DNA from: an uncultured Gammaproteobacteria bacterium
Lineage (GTDB): Bacteria > Patescibacteriota > Microgenomatia > Levybacterales > GWA1-39-11
NCBI GenBank assembly: GCA_964504535.1
Contig: CAZDED010000004.1
Coordinates: 44,115 to 108,114, forward strand
Reading direction: 5' to 3'
DNA length: 64,000 bases
Of the stretch, positions 49,615 to 59,279 are shown in pieces. The notes below the pieces were generated by a model. That model made no database searches. It was given only the letters and a program-made list of their open reading frames with translations, and had not been told where the DNA came from. Position 1 is the stretch's first letter. Each line of letters begins with the position of its first letter. The translations under genes and the position numbers were made by a program.

Positions 49615-50073
49615 ATGATGTCTAATAAAATAGTACGGCTTTTTGTTTTTATTCTTATGTGCCAGGGGGCTGGACTGGTTGGCTCCATTTTCACTTTTGA
49701 TTCTATTAACACTTGGTACTCTACCTTACAAAAACCTTTCTTCAATCCTCCTAACTACATTTTTGGGCCTGTCTGGACACTTCTTTATACGATGATGGGA
49801 ATTTCACTATTTCTTGTCTGGGGGAAGAAGAAGACAAATCTTAGGTGGTTTTGGGTGCAATTAGCCCTTAACACTTTATGGTCAATCGTTTTTTTTGGAC
49901 TAAAAAATCCCAGCGCTGCACTAGTTGTAGTAGTTTTTCTCTGGATTAGTATTTTTAAGACAATTATTAGTTTCAAAAAGATCAATAGGGCATCTTCTTA
50001 CCTTTTGTATCCATACCTTGCTTGGGTAACTTTTGCTTCTATTCTCAATGCAGCCATAATGCTTCTTAACTAG
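49615..50073 (+). CDS. tspO: TspO/MBR sensory protein
   Basis: WY.L.KPFFNPP..FGPVW, PYLAWV.FA. Confidence 0.92.
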   Translation: MMSNKIVRLFVFILMCQGAGLVGSIFTFDSINTWYSTLQKPFFNPPNYIFGPVWTLLYTMMGISLFLVWGKKKTNLRWFWVQLALNTLWSIVFFGLKNPSAALVVVVFLWISIFKTIISFKKINRASSYLLYPYLAWVTFASILNAAIMLLN

Positions 50074-50206
50074 TGACCAGTTGCTCAAAATGAACACTCA
50101 CAAATGGAAGAAAAAACACAAGATCAATCCAACAATTATTAACTCAGCGTAAGAAAGAAACAATTAGAGTTTACAATATGACTACGCTAAATGTTAGAGC
50201 TTATAC

Positions 50207-50746
50207 TCAATAGTGCTCCATAAGCGACAAAATTTTCCTTACTGTATTTAAATTTCTCATCGTCATTTCTTTATAGACTTTCTTTCCTATCAATTTATTA
50301 AATGAACTTTTCGTAAGTCCTGAAAGAGTAGTGCCCATATAAAGTACTCCTGGTCCTTTGTCTAAAAAATCTATCCCTTCTTTTACATCAACCTGACCAT
50401 AGACTTCATCAACTGTAGTCGGACTTATGATAAAGCTCACATAGCATCTCAGGTCTTCCTCTTTTCTCCAAGAAGTTGGAATTTTTTTTAAAATATCTTT
50501 AAATTGAGAAAGAGAGACAACAACAATTTTTACAGCATATCTGAATCTATCCTCAACAACCTTTTCTAATCGTGCACAAATACTTCCCGTATTTTTCTCA
50601 GGAGTTTCAAAGATGACATTCCCACTATTTATATATGTGACGACATTTGTAAATCCCTCTTTTTCGAAAGACTCTTTGAGGTCTGCCATTTTTACTTGAG
50701 TGTTTCCTCCCACATTTATTCCCCGAAGTAGTGCAACATATTTCAT
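50207..50746 (-). CDS. DUF1697 family protein
   Basis: YVALLRGINVGG, TYINSGNV, TMRN.NT. Confidence 0.9.
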   Translation of the reverse strand: MKYVALLRGINVGGNTQVKMADLKESFEKEGFTNVVTYINSGNVIFETPEKNTGSICARLEKVVEDRFRYAVKIVVVSLSQFKDILKKIPTSWRKEEDLRCYVSFIISPTTVDEVYGQVDVKEGIDFLDKGPGVLYMGTTLSGLTKSSFNKLIGKKVYKEMTMRNLNTVRKILSLMEHY

Positions 50747-50787
50747 GAAAGTAGTGTATCACTTTTTACCAACCCAATCCCACAAAA

Positions 50788-51318
50788 CTAATTACTGAGA
50801 GGATATTGAACGACAGGATTTACAGAAAGAGTCTTTGACATGTATCCTTCGATATATGCATGGACACGCTCGGGCATATAGATGTTGCTCAATTGAATTT
50901 CATTCCCGTAGCCACTGATAGTTGAGGAGCCCAACAATATAGTACCGTGCTGCAATAATCTTCCCAACATGTTCCTTTTTATTGACATCGTTCCAATATT
51001 TGAGAGATCATATACCTTCTCTTTTGATGAGAATATTCCTTCGGATTGGATCAGCCATTTATCAACAAATCGTGAATGTTTACCAGACCAACGAAGAAAT
51101 ATTAGTACGATAACCATTGTCTGTATCAACATCTGAATAGCACTAGCGACAATCAGAATTATAGTCCTTAACAATGGATGTCCGGAAGGGAGCAGTAGTA
51201 GAGCTATGGCAAAAGCAATAAAAACGACCTCGCTTGAAACAACAAGTATTATAATTTTTAAAACTAATATACTTGTGGCTTCGCGAAGCGGCACGCCATG
51301 AAGTAGGTCTTTTTTCAT
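50788..51318 (-). CDS. Bacterial PH-domain membrane protein
   Basis: Two TMs, GIFS, GRLLQHGTI; ATG 51318 (track 51339). Confidence 0.7.
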   Translation of the reverse strand: MKKDLLHGVPLREATSILVLKIIILVVSSEVVFIAFAIALLLLPSGHPLLRTIILIVASAIQMLIQTMVIVLIFLRWSGKHSRFVDKWLIQSEGIFSSKEKVYDLSNIGTMSIKRNMLGRLLQHGTILLGSSTISGYGNEIQLSNIYMPERVHAYIEGYMSKTLSVNPVVQYPLSN

Positions 51319-51352
51319 TTTGTGTATTGTAGGATGCATTCAACGAGGCGTA

Positions 51353-51368
51353 TGTGATTTAAATCACA
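51353..51368. promoter_or_regulatory. Perfect CRP consensus site
   Basis: TGTGA-tttaaa-TCACA, centred -41.5 from minus-strand TACAAT promoter (51331-51326). Confidence 0.75.
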
Positions 51369-51477
51369 CATTATAAGACTTAATTCTCTCTTTTTTTAGC
51401 TCATGGAAATAATTTCTAACAAATTATATATAGGATTTGTTAACAACTTGATATATAATTATAAATAATAAATAAAT

Positions 51478-51864
51478 ATGAAAAGGTCACCCGTTGTACA
51501 TTTTGAAATACCTTTCAAGGATTCTAATAGAGTAGTTGAATTCTACTCAAAAGTTTTTGGATGGGAGATGACCCAAATGGGAGAGAGTATGGCAAATTAC
51601 ATTCTTGCAGAAACGACAGAGACCGAGAATATGGCCTCCACAAAACCAGGAGAGATCAATGGTGGATTTTTTGAGTCCTCTGAGGAGAACAATAAATATC
51701 CACTCGTAACAATAAAAGTAGAGAATATGGAAGAGGCTATGGAGGAAGTACAAGCTGCCGGGGGTAAAATCCTCAGTGGTCCACATGATATTCCAGGTGT
51801 CGGTAAGTATACTTCGATAATGGATTCTGAAGACAATAGAGTATCTCTTCTTCAAGCATTTTAG
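51478..51864 (+). CDS. VOC/glyoxalase family protein
   Basis: VVHFEIP, FYSKVFGW, INGGF, DSEDN. Confidence 0.9.
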   Translation: MKRSPVVHFEIPFKDSNRVVEFYSKVFGWEMTQMGESMANYILAETTETENMASTKPGEINGGFFESSEENNKYPLVTIKVENMEEAMEEVQAAGGKILSGPHDIPGVGKYTSIMDSEDNRVSLLQAF

Positions 51865-51947
51865 GATATTTTTTAGCGTGGATGAATTTTTAAACCTGAC
51901 AAATTTAACCCTTGACTTAATTAAGCGAATGGTTTATTATATCCTTG

Positions 51948-52265
51948 ATGGATACATATGCTGCTCTTGCAGAACCCAGACGACGCGAAATATTAGAGCT
52001 TCTAGCAAAGAGTGGGAGACTTACGGCAACTGATATTTCTAATAATTTCAAAATTTCTCCTCCTGCCATTTCACAACACCTAAAAGTTTTGCGAGAAGCA
52101 AAACTAGTTGACATGGAAAAGCAAGCACAAAGTAGAATTTACACAATTAATACAAAAAATTTACATGAAATAGAGATTTGGATTGATAAAATAAATAAGA
52201 TGTGGAATCAGAAGTTTAATAGACTAGAAAGGGTTCTTAATAAATTGAAAAATGGAAAACAATAA
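51948..52265 (+). CDS. ArsR/SmtB family regulator
   Basis: ALAEPRRREIL, ISQHLKVLREA.LV. Confidence 0.92.
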   Translation: MDTYAALAEPRRREILELLAKSGRLTATDISNNFKISPPAISQHLKVLREAKLVDMEKQAQSRIYTINTKNLHEIEIWIDKINKMWNQKFNRLERVLNKLKNGKQ

Positions 52266-52686
52266 AATCACAATCCAAACAATGATAAATGCACCAATAG
52301 CAAAAGTGTGGGAACTCTGGAATCAACCAGAACACATCACAGGTTGGGCTTTCGCATCAGACACATGGGAAGCTCCACATGCAGAAAATGATCTTCGTGT
52401 TGGCGGAAAATTTATGACCCGCATGCAGGAGAAGGGCACTGACAACGGATTTAATTTCGGAGGAGTCTATACAAATGTTATAGAATACAAAACCATTGAG
52501 TATGATATGTCAAAAGAACTTAACGATGTAAATAGCCGTCACGTTGCAATAGATTTTGAAGAGACACCAACTGGAGTTAAGGTTACACAAACCTTTGATC
52601 CTGAGAATGAGAATCCAATTGAGATGCAGAGACAGGGATGGCAAACAATTCTTGATAATTTCAAGAAATATGTAGAGAACAATTAA
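52252..52686 (+). CDS. SRPBCC/AHSA1 domain protein
   Basis: DLRVGGKF, QRQGWQ.IL.NFK. Confidence 0.9.
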   Translation: MENNKITIQTMINAPIAKVWELWNQPEHITGWAFASDTWEAPHAENDLRVGGKFMTRMQEKGTDNGFNFGGVYTNVIEYKTIEYDMSKELNDVNSRHVAIDFEETPTGVKVTQTFDPENENPIEMQRQGWQTILDNFKKYVENN

Positions 52687-52690
52687 CTCT

Positions 52691-53044
52691 ATGCAAAAAT
52701 TTGATACCGTTGATGAGTATATCAACTCACTTCCAGACAAAACAAAAAAGGAACTTACAAAATTAAGAAATAAAATTAAAGAAATAGTACCTGATGCTGT
52801 TGAGAGCATGACTTATGGCATGCCTGGATACAAATTAAATAATAAGCCGCTTGTTTATTTTGCAGGATGGAAAGATCATATCGGCTTTTATCCAACTCCA
52901 AATGGCATGGAGCAATTTGACAAAGAACTTGCGCCTTACAAGACCGGCAAAGGAACAGCACAATTTCCATTAGACAATCCTCTGCCTTTTGGTTTGATCA
53001 CAAGAATTGTTAAATATAGAGAAGAGGAGACCAAAAACAAATAA
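52691..53044 (+). CDS. DUF1801/YdhG family protein
   Basis: VDEYI, YGMP, HIGFYP, KGT.QFP. Confidence 0.9.
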   Translation: MQKFDTVDEYINSLPDKTKKELTKLRNKIKEIVPDAVESMTYGMPGYKLNNKPLVYFAGWKDHIGFYPTPNGMEQFDKELAPYKTGKGTAQFPLDNPLPFGLITRIVKYREEETKNK

Positions 53045-53105
53045 GAAGATTACTTGTTCTCACTGACCTATGCACCATAAGGTCTTAATCCGTTATAATA
53101 AAATT

Positions 53106-53495
53106 ATGTTAAATCTAAATTCAATAATGCTAGGAACCATGCAACCAAAAATCATGGCAAAATTTTATGAGGAAGTTTTTGGAAGAACCCCTGATATGAC
53201 CGAAGGGGATTGGGCCGGATGGCAAGTTGGTAGCAGTTTCTTTTCAGTTGGAGAGCATTCTGAGATGAAAGGTGAGTCAAAAGAGGGAGGACGTGTGATG
53301 TTCAATCTTGAAACAACCGAAGTTAGAGACGAATTCAAAAGAATCTCAAAAATTGAAGGAATAAAGGTCATAAAAGAACCATATGACATGGGCGGGATGG
53401 AAATAGCTACATTTGCAGATCCTGATGGAAATTATTTTCAACTTATGTCGCCTTGGGGTGATGAGGTAGAAGAAAAAGTAACCCTCCCTAACTAA
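53106..53495 (+). CDS. VOC family protein
   Basis: FYEEVFG, FADPDGNYFQL. Confidence 0.85.
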   Translation: MLNLNSIMLGTMQPKIMAKFYEEVFGRTPDMTEGDWAGWQVGSSFFSVGEHSEMKGESKEGGRVMFNLETTEVRDEFKRISKIEGIKVIKEPYDMGGMEIATFADPDGNYFQLMSPWGDEVEEKVTLPN

Positions 53496-54007
53496 TCTTT
53501 CTTTTTACCTGCCATATATTCTCTCCGTAGTCTAAATCTCGTTGCAATGTCTTGTGCTTCTTCAAGTTCACCTGGGGTAGATACAGCAAGACCTTGTCCT
53601 CTTAAATAATCGTCTACAGCTTTTTTAAAATCCTCTTCAAGCGCATTTGGCTCATCTGTGGCAAGAGAGCTTGGATCATTTGGATCATATGCAAAATTTA
53701 CAATTTCTCCTCCATCAACTAACGTATGCCTTCCAGCAATTCTGAATTTTGAAGTTCCTCTCTCAGATGATCCGAGTCTGTATTCAAGATCCTCATATTT
53801 ATTTCCTTTTATCTTGGCAGCAATTTCTTGTACGTTCAGTGAACGTGCTATTGCACCTGCGTCTGAGTCTGGATTAACAATATCGTGATACATACCGGCG
53901 ATTGCATCCATTCTTTCCTGGGTAAGATCGGAAAGTCTCATACCATAAACTGGCAACTCGGGGGCGTTACTTTCCGGATTCGTTGGTTGATCTCCTGCTT
54001 CTGGCAT
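53492..54007 (-). CDS. Hypothetical protein
   Basis: 171-aa ORF, no motif recognised. Confidence 0.55.
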   Translation of the reverse strand: MPEAGDQPTNPESNAPELPVYGMRLSDLTQERMDAIAGMYHDIVNPDSDAGAIARSLNVQEIAAKIKGNKYEDLEYRLGSSERGTSKFRIAGRHTLVDGGEIVNFAYDPNDPSSLATDEPNALEEDFKKAVDDYLRGQGLAVSTPGELEEAQDIATRFRLRREYMAGKKKD

Positions 54008-54023
54008 CTTAATTAAGAGGGTA

Positions 54024-54284
54024 CTATTCTGATTGCACTGATTTTGCTAATTTTTTGTGGGCAGTAACGAGTCCTAATGTTATAAAAGCAAGATAAACTA
54101 TCCCTGTAAAGCATGTAGAAACCATATGGGAGGGATTGGCTATAACAAGCCCTGTGCCTGTTATTAAAGTCAGACCTACGAGTCCGTATGAAATATTAAG
54201 CTTTGCTTTGTTGGGATGAAGAAGAGTACCCCCCGTATAAATAATGCTTATAATTGCGATCACGACATGAATAACTATTGCCAT
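54024..54284 (-). CDS. Small membrane protein at end of cyo operon
   Basis: HV.IA..S, three TMs, 3 nt after cyoE. Confidence 0.65.
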   Translation of the reverse strand: MAIVIHVVIAIISIIYTGGTLLHPNKAKLNISYGLVGLTLITGTGLVIANPSHMVSTCFTGIVYLAFITLGLVTAHKKLAKSVQSE

Positions 54285-54287
54285 AAT

Positions 54288-55142
54288 TTATATATGAAAG
54301 AAAGAGTCTACAGATAGCATAATACAAAACGCCAACAAATTCAAAAGAGAAAACCCAAACATTTTTTTTGCCCATTTTATTTCGTCTTTAGCATTAAAAC
54401 CCTTCACTCCAATATACAACCATACTAGACTCACGAGAGAAATAATTATTAGATACGGATACCCTGCATATCCGAGAAAGGTAAAAAGAGAAGTTATTAC
54501 AATAAATGCGCAAATATAAAAAAGAATCTGTATCTTAGTATTCTTAATTCCTCTCACAATCGGGAGAACAGGGATGCCTGCGTCTTTATAGTCGCTCATC
54601 CTATAAATTGCGATCGAGTAAAAATGGGGCATTTGCCATGCAACCAAAACAGCAAACAGTAGAAGGGCGGGGACATCAAAGTTATTTGTAACTGCCACAT
54701 ATCCAACAACCGGCGGAACTGCCCCTGAGATACTTCCGACAAGTGTACCGTATTCAGATTTCCTTTTCCAAATACTGTACACGACAACATAAAAGAAAAA
54801 TCCCAGGCAAGCAGTAAGCGCAGTTATTGTATTAATATTAATAAGAAAAAGAACTCCCAATACCCCCAAGACTGTCCCAAACGTCAAGGCATTTTTGACA
54901 GGAATAGTTCTTTTAGCCAGTGCTCTTTTTTTGGTACGATCCATTTTTCTGTCGATTGTGCGATCTATATAATTATTAAAAACACACCCTGAGGCAATCA
55001 CCAAAGACAAACCTGAAGCCATCTCAAACATTGTAGATATATTTACATTTCCGCGTGCAGCAAATAAAAAACCGGCAAGTGCGGCTATGATGTTTCCCCT
55101 AATTATTCCGGGTTTTGTGAGGAGATAATAATTTCTTAGCAC
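54288..55142 (-). CDS. cyoE: Heme o synthase
   Basis: TKPGI, NNYIDR.ID..M.RT, WQMPHF. Confidence 0.95.
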   Translation of the reverse strand: MLRNYYLLTKPGIIRGNIIAALAGFLFAARGNVNISTMFEMASGLSLVIASGCVFNNYIDRTIDRKMDRTKKRALAKRTIPVKNALTFGTVLGVLGVLFLININTITALTACLGFFFYVVVYSIWKRKSEYGTLVGSISGAVPPVVGYVAVTNNFDVPALLLFAVLVAWQMPHFYSIAIYRMSDYKDAGIPVLPIVRGIKNTKIQILFYICAFIVITSLFTFLGYAGYPYLIIISLVSLVWLYIGVKGFNAKDEIKWAKKMFGFSLLNLLAFCIMLSVDSFFHI

Positions 55143-55501
55143 TATTTAGATATCCCTTCGTCATACTGGATATAATCTTGAATGACTTCATTGGGCATCA
55201 TATTGTAATTGAGATGAGTCATGATCCATATCGACCCAATAACTACAAGGGCGACAATCGAAAGAGCAGAGAGGAACACAGCAAGATTCCAACGAGGTCC
55301 ATTTTCTTTATCTAAATGAAGGAAAAAGATTGACTGCACTACAAATTGTAAAAGAGCCAGAAAAATAATAACTCCAATCGTAATATCTTTTGGAATTAAA
55401 TTTTGCGTTACTACTAAATAGGAAGAGAGTGTTAGAAGTCCCGAAAGTGAAAATCCAATAACATATGATTCAAGTGTTCCTTCTTTTTTATGTGCCTTCA
55501 T
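55142..55501 (-). CDS. cyoD: Cytochrome bo3 oxidase subunit IV
   Basis: SYVIGF.LS, Q..FFLH, GSIWIM..LNYNM. Confidence 0.93.
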   Translation of the reverse strand: MKAHKKEGTLESYVIGFSLSGLLTLSSYLVVTQNLIPKDITIGVIIFLALLQFVVQSIFFLHLDKENGPRWNLAVFLSALSIVALVVIGSIWIMTHLNYNMMPNEVIQDYIQYDEGISK

Positions 55502-56070
55502 GATAATCCTCCCATCAAATAAACTATCGTAAATATAAATATCCAAACAATATCAAGAAAGTGCCAAAATAGTCCCGCCATTGAAATTTTCTGAAGGTTA
55601 GTCTGAGTTAGTCCACGCTTCCTAACATACAGTAGAATTATTGCTATCCAGATACATCCTATTAATATATGGAGACCGTGGGTTCCGGTGAGGGCAAAAA
55701 AGGAAGACAAGAAAGCGCTTTTTGTCCAATCGCTTCCCTCGGATATAAGATGAGCAAACTCATAAAGCTCCATACCTACAAAAACCAACCCCAGGCTCAC
55801 TGTTACAAGAAGCAACATGACTGTTTTTCTCACATTATTGGCACGAGCTGCCATCATCGCTAGTCCACAAATAAATGAACTTATTAGAAGAATAAATGTC
55901 TCCACCAATACAAATGGCGGGTTGAATATTTCCTTAATTGTTATCCCTCCAAACGTGCTGTCTCTCAGAACGGCATAAACAGCAAAAAGAACCGCAAACA
56001 TCAAAAGATCAGTCATGAGATAAATCCAAAAGCCAAAAAGGGCACTGTCGTCTTTTTTATGTTCTTGCAT
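55498..56070 (-). CDS. cyoC: Cytochrome bo3 oxidase subunit III
   Basis: FGFWIYLMTD, GTHGLH, WHFLDIVW. Confidence 0.95.
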   Translation of the reverse strand: MQEHKKDDSALFGFWIYLMTDLLMFAVLFAVYAVLRDSTFGGITIKEIFNPPFVLVETFILLISSFICGLAMMAARANNVRKTVMLLLVTVSLGLVFVGMELYEFAHLISEGSDWTKSAFLSSFFALTGTHGLHILIGCIWIAIILLYVRKRGLTQTNLQKISMAGLFWHFLDIVWIFIFTIVYLMGGLS

Positions 56071-58030
56071 GGTGTTTCCTTTCTTCAATTTCTCGTACTT
56101 GTGCTGCAGTAACTGTATATTCCGTGTGGTCATCAAAAGTACGAAGTATCACACAAATAACTCCACCTATTACGCAAACGATCGTCAACCAAAACATGTG
56201 CCAAATCATTGCAAATCCAAAAAGAAAAACGAAGACGGCAGTATAAATTCCAAGTCCGGTATTTTTCGGCATCACGATATCTTCATATTCTTTGTGCTTA
56301 TTGTGGCTTCCATTTTTCTTCATTTCCCAAAATGCATCACGAGAGGTAACCTCTGGAATTTTTGCAAAATTATAAAAGGGTGGTGGAGAGGAGGTAGCCC
56401 ACTCCAAATTCCTCCCATCCCATGGATCTCCGGTGGTGTCCATGTTTTGTTTTCTTTGTTTTACGCTAATAACTATTTGGGCCACCTGCAAGAGTGCGCC
56501 TGCTGTCAAAACCAAAAACCCAAGTCCTGCGATGATAAATAGTATCTGCCAACCCGGATTATCATAATGGTCAAGCCTTCTTGTAGCACCCATTAGTCCC
56601 AATACATAAAGCGGCACAAAAGACATAAGAAACCCAACTAACCAACACCAAAACGCATACCTGCCAAGTTTTTCATTCAACCTAAATCCGGTTATTTTAG
56701 GAAACCAAAAAGTAATGCCGGCAAATATTCCAAACAAAGCACCTCCAATTATCATCGTGTGGAAGTGAGCGACGAGAAACAAACTATTGTGAAGCTGGAA
56801 ATCAGCAGGGGGCATCGCCAATATTACACCAGCCATCCCTCCAACGGTAAAAGTTGCTAAAAATCCAAAAAACCAAAGGAACGGCGTAGCAACCCGTATC
56901 CTACCTTTATACATTGTTGATATCCAATTAAATATCTGGACCCCTGCAGGAATTGCAATAAGACTTGTCATAATTCCAAAAAATGCATTAACATTTGCCC
57001 CAGCCCCCATGGTAAAGAAGTGATGCAGCCACACAACAAGACCAATTGAGGCAATGCCGCATCCGGCAAGAACCATTGATGTGTATCCCGAAAGTCTTTT
57101 CTTGGAGAAAGTCGTCACAACTTCCGAATAAATCCCGAAAGAGGGGAGAATCAAAACGTACACCTCTGGGTGACCCCACATCCATATTAAATTCGTGTAC
57201 ATCATGGCACTTCCCCCAAAATCTGTCGTAAAAAAGTGCATTCCAAAAACTCTATCAAGAGACAGCAATGTAATTGTTGCAGTCAAAATAGGAAATATCG
57301 AGACCACAAGGATCATGCTAAATAATGATGTCCATACAAAAAGTGGCATTCGAGAGAGCGTCATCCCCGGTGCTCTTTTTTTCATAATTGTCATAATAAA
57401 ATTTATTGCACCAATTAGCGTCCCGAGGCCAGATACCTGAAGAGACCATATCCAAAAATCCACACCAACCCCCGGACTAAATTGCAGCTCAGAAAGAGGA
57501 GCAATAGCAAGCCAACCGGTTGCAGCAAATTCTCCACCAAAAACAAAAAACAGATTTATCATGATGCACCCCGCAACATACAACCAAAAACCCAACGTGT
57601 TAAGAAAAGGGGAAGCCAAATCTCTTGCTCCAATCTGAAGGGGAATAATGTAGTTAAGTAGCCCAAAAAGAAATCCCATCGTTACAAAAAACACCATAAT
57701 AACGCCATGTGCTGTAAATATCTGCTGAAAATGATCTGCTGTCAGATAGCCTTGAGAGGAACCTACGGCGATAGCCTGCTGTGCCCATATCATTCCAGCA
57801 TCCATGGCTCCCCTCACTAACATAAGAGCTGCCATAACAAAATACATGATTCCAATTTTTTTAGGGTCTGTTGAAGTGAACCATTCATTCCATAGCCATT
57901 TCCACCTTTTTAGTTTTGTGATAAAAATAACGACCATCCCCATCATTGCGGTCATGGCAACTGTCCCGCCAATTGTGAACCATTCGTGGGGAAGAGAAGC
58001 AAGCGTTAATTTTCCAAAAATAAATTCCAT
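56057..58030 (-). CDS. cyoB: Cytochrome bo3 oxidase subunit I
   Basis: QIFTAHG, WGHPEVY, WLHHFF, AHFH. Confidence 0.97.
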   Translation of the reverse strand: MEFIFGKLTLASLPHEWFTIGGTVAMTAMMGMVVIFITKLKRWKWLWNEWFTSTDPKKIGIMYFVMAALMLVRGAMDAGMIWAQQAIAVGSSQGYLTADHFQQIFTAHGVIMVFFVTMGFLFGLLNYIIPLQIGARDLASPFLNTLGFWLYVAGCIMINLFFVFGGEFAATGWLAIAPLSELQFSPGVGVDFWIWSLQVSGLGTLIGAINFIMTIMKKRAPGMTLSRMPLFVWTSLFSMILVVSIFPILTATITLLSLDRVFGMHFFTTDFGGSAMMYTNLIWMWGHPEVYVLILPSFGIYSEVVTTFSKKRLSGYTSMVLAGCGIASIGLVVWLHHFFTMGAGANVNAFFGIMTSLIAIPAGVQIFNWISTMYKGRIRVATPFLWFFGFLATFTVGGMAGVILAMPPADFQLHNSLFLVAHFHTMIIGGALFGIFAGITFWFPKITGFRLNEKLGRYAFWCWLVGFLMSFVPLYVLGLMGATRRLDHYDNPGWQILFIIAGLGFLVLTAGALLQVAQIVISVKQRKQNMDTTGDPWDGRNLEWATSSPPPFYNFAKIPEVTSRDAFWEMKKNGSHNKHKEYEDIVMPKNTGLGIYTAVFVFLFGFAMIWHMFWLTIVCVIGGVICVILRTFDDHTEYTVTAAQVREIEERKHHART

Positions 58031-58031
58031 A

Positions 58032-58895
58032 TTAGTGATTCATTGTTCCCATATATTTCGTGATAATTTTATTATACAAACCTTCTTCGGTTGATGAGTA
58101 AAAGAGTGGAGGAGTGTTCTCTGATGGCACCATCAACTTTTCATATTCATTATCGTCTAACTTTTTCGGGGAGTTTTTGACTACTTGTATCCATGAGTCA
58201 AATTCATTTTGGGTCACTGATTTTGCCATAAATTTCATACCAGAAAATCCCCGGCCACTTATTTCAGCAGCCGATCCTTTATACTCTCCCGTTGCATCTG
58301 CTATAAGTCTTAATTTGGTACCCATTCCGGTCATGGTGTACATTTGTCCACCAAGGGAAGGTATCCAAAATGAATTCATGGGCGCATCTGAAGTCAACTC
58401 AAAATTGATAGGGGTTTTTTCAGGAAACTCTAAATAATTTACCGTTGCAATGTCTTTCTCGGGATAGATAAATAACCACTTCCACTGAAGAGAAATCACC
58501 TGAACTGTAAGAGGTTTTTTGTCAGATTCTAGCGCCCGCATGGGGTCAAGACGGTGGGTTGCTCTCCAATTGTTGACCCCAAGGATAATTACGACAACTG
58601 TAGGGATCGCCCACCACGCAAAAACCAACAACCTGCTCCTATTCCAGTCTGGGTCATAGGTAGATTTTTTTGATTCATTATATTTCCTTGATACAAAATA
58701 CTCGAGCATAAAAATAGGGATGACAACAAGCAGCATAATTCCGACAGCAAATAGTGCAAGATTTCTTTCATGTGTTGCTATAAAACCTTTAGGGTTAAGA
58801 AGAGCAAAGTCTTCTCCGGTCATAAACCCAATAAAAATTATTCCCAACACCAAAAGCGCAGGCATAATAATATAAAGATGGTGTTTTTTTAACAT
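58032..58895 (-). CDS. cyoA: Cytochrome bo3 oxidase subunit II
   Basis: WKWLFIYP, MNSFWIP.LGGQ, SG.GFSGM; no CuA ligands. Confidence 0.95.
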   Translation of the reverse strand: MLKKHHLYIIMPALLVLGIIFIGFMTGEDFALLNPKGFIATHERNLALFAVGIMLLVVIPIFMLEYFVSRKYNESKKSTYDPDWNRSRLLVFAWWAIPTVVVIILGVNNWRATHRLDPMRALESDKKPLTVQVISLQWKWLFIYPEKDIATVNYLEFPEKTPINFELTSDAPMNSFWIPSLGGQMYTMTGMGTKLRLIADATGEYKGSAAEISGRGFSGMKFMAKSVTQNEFDSWIQVVKNSPKKLDDNEYEKLMVPSENTPPLFYSSTEEGLYNKIITKYMGTMNH

Positions 58896-58941
58896 AAATT
58901 TCTAGTGCTAGATTAATTGTATCATTCCTCATTACCAGATT

Positions 58942-58957
58942 TATGATCCATATCACA
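58942..58957. promoter_or_regulatory. CRP-type site upstream of cyoA
   Basis: TATGA-tccata-TCACA, about -40.5 from minus-strand TACAAT (58921-58916). Confidence 0.6.
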
Positions 58958-59108
58958 GAATTTTCGTAGTAAAAATGATAGAAGCGGAGCTTGTATCACT
59001 CCGTGATATAATTCCCCTACACCCGAGAGCGAAAAGCATGCTCTTTACGTGTAAAAAGTTTTTAGCACATTAAAAATCTAGTTACGAAAAAGTGATCTTA
59101 ATTATGAT

Positions 59109-59220
59109 TTAGTGTTCCTATTTAGGTACCGGCGTACACGGTGTTTGACTAGGGGCACTAATTCGAAAGAAAGGAGAAGAGCCCTTGGCAGTACGACCAC
59201 GGGTGGAGCCTTCTCCGCCC
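59109..59220 (+). other. Structured leader upstream of desaturase
   Basis: Long G.U-rich hairpin agtgttccta/taggggcact with ttaggtaccg/cggtgtttga; second hairpin gggtggag/ctccgccc 59201-59220. Confidence 0.5.
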
Positions 59221-59279
59221 ACAGATCATAGACACGTCACGGCCAGTACGGCCACAAATGCTCATGAAAGGAGCAACTC

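Noticed and set aside
53050-53082. Possible further recombinase-tail relic (minus strand SVRT)
   Set aside because: Only gttct matches and no GGAGCA-like core; could be chance
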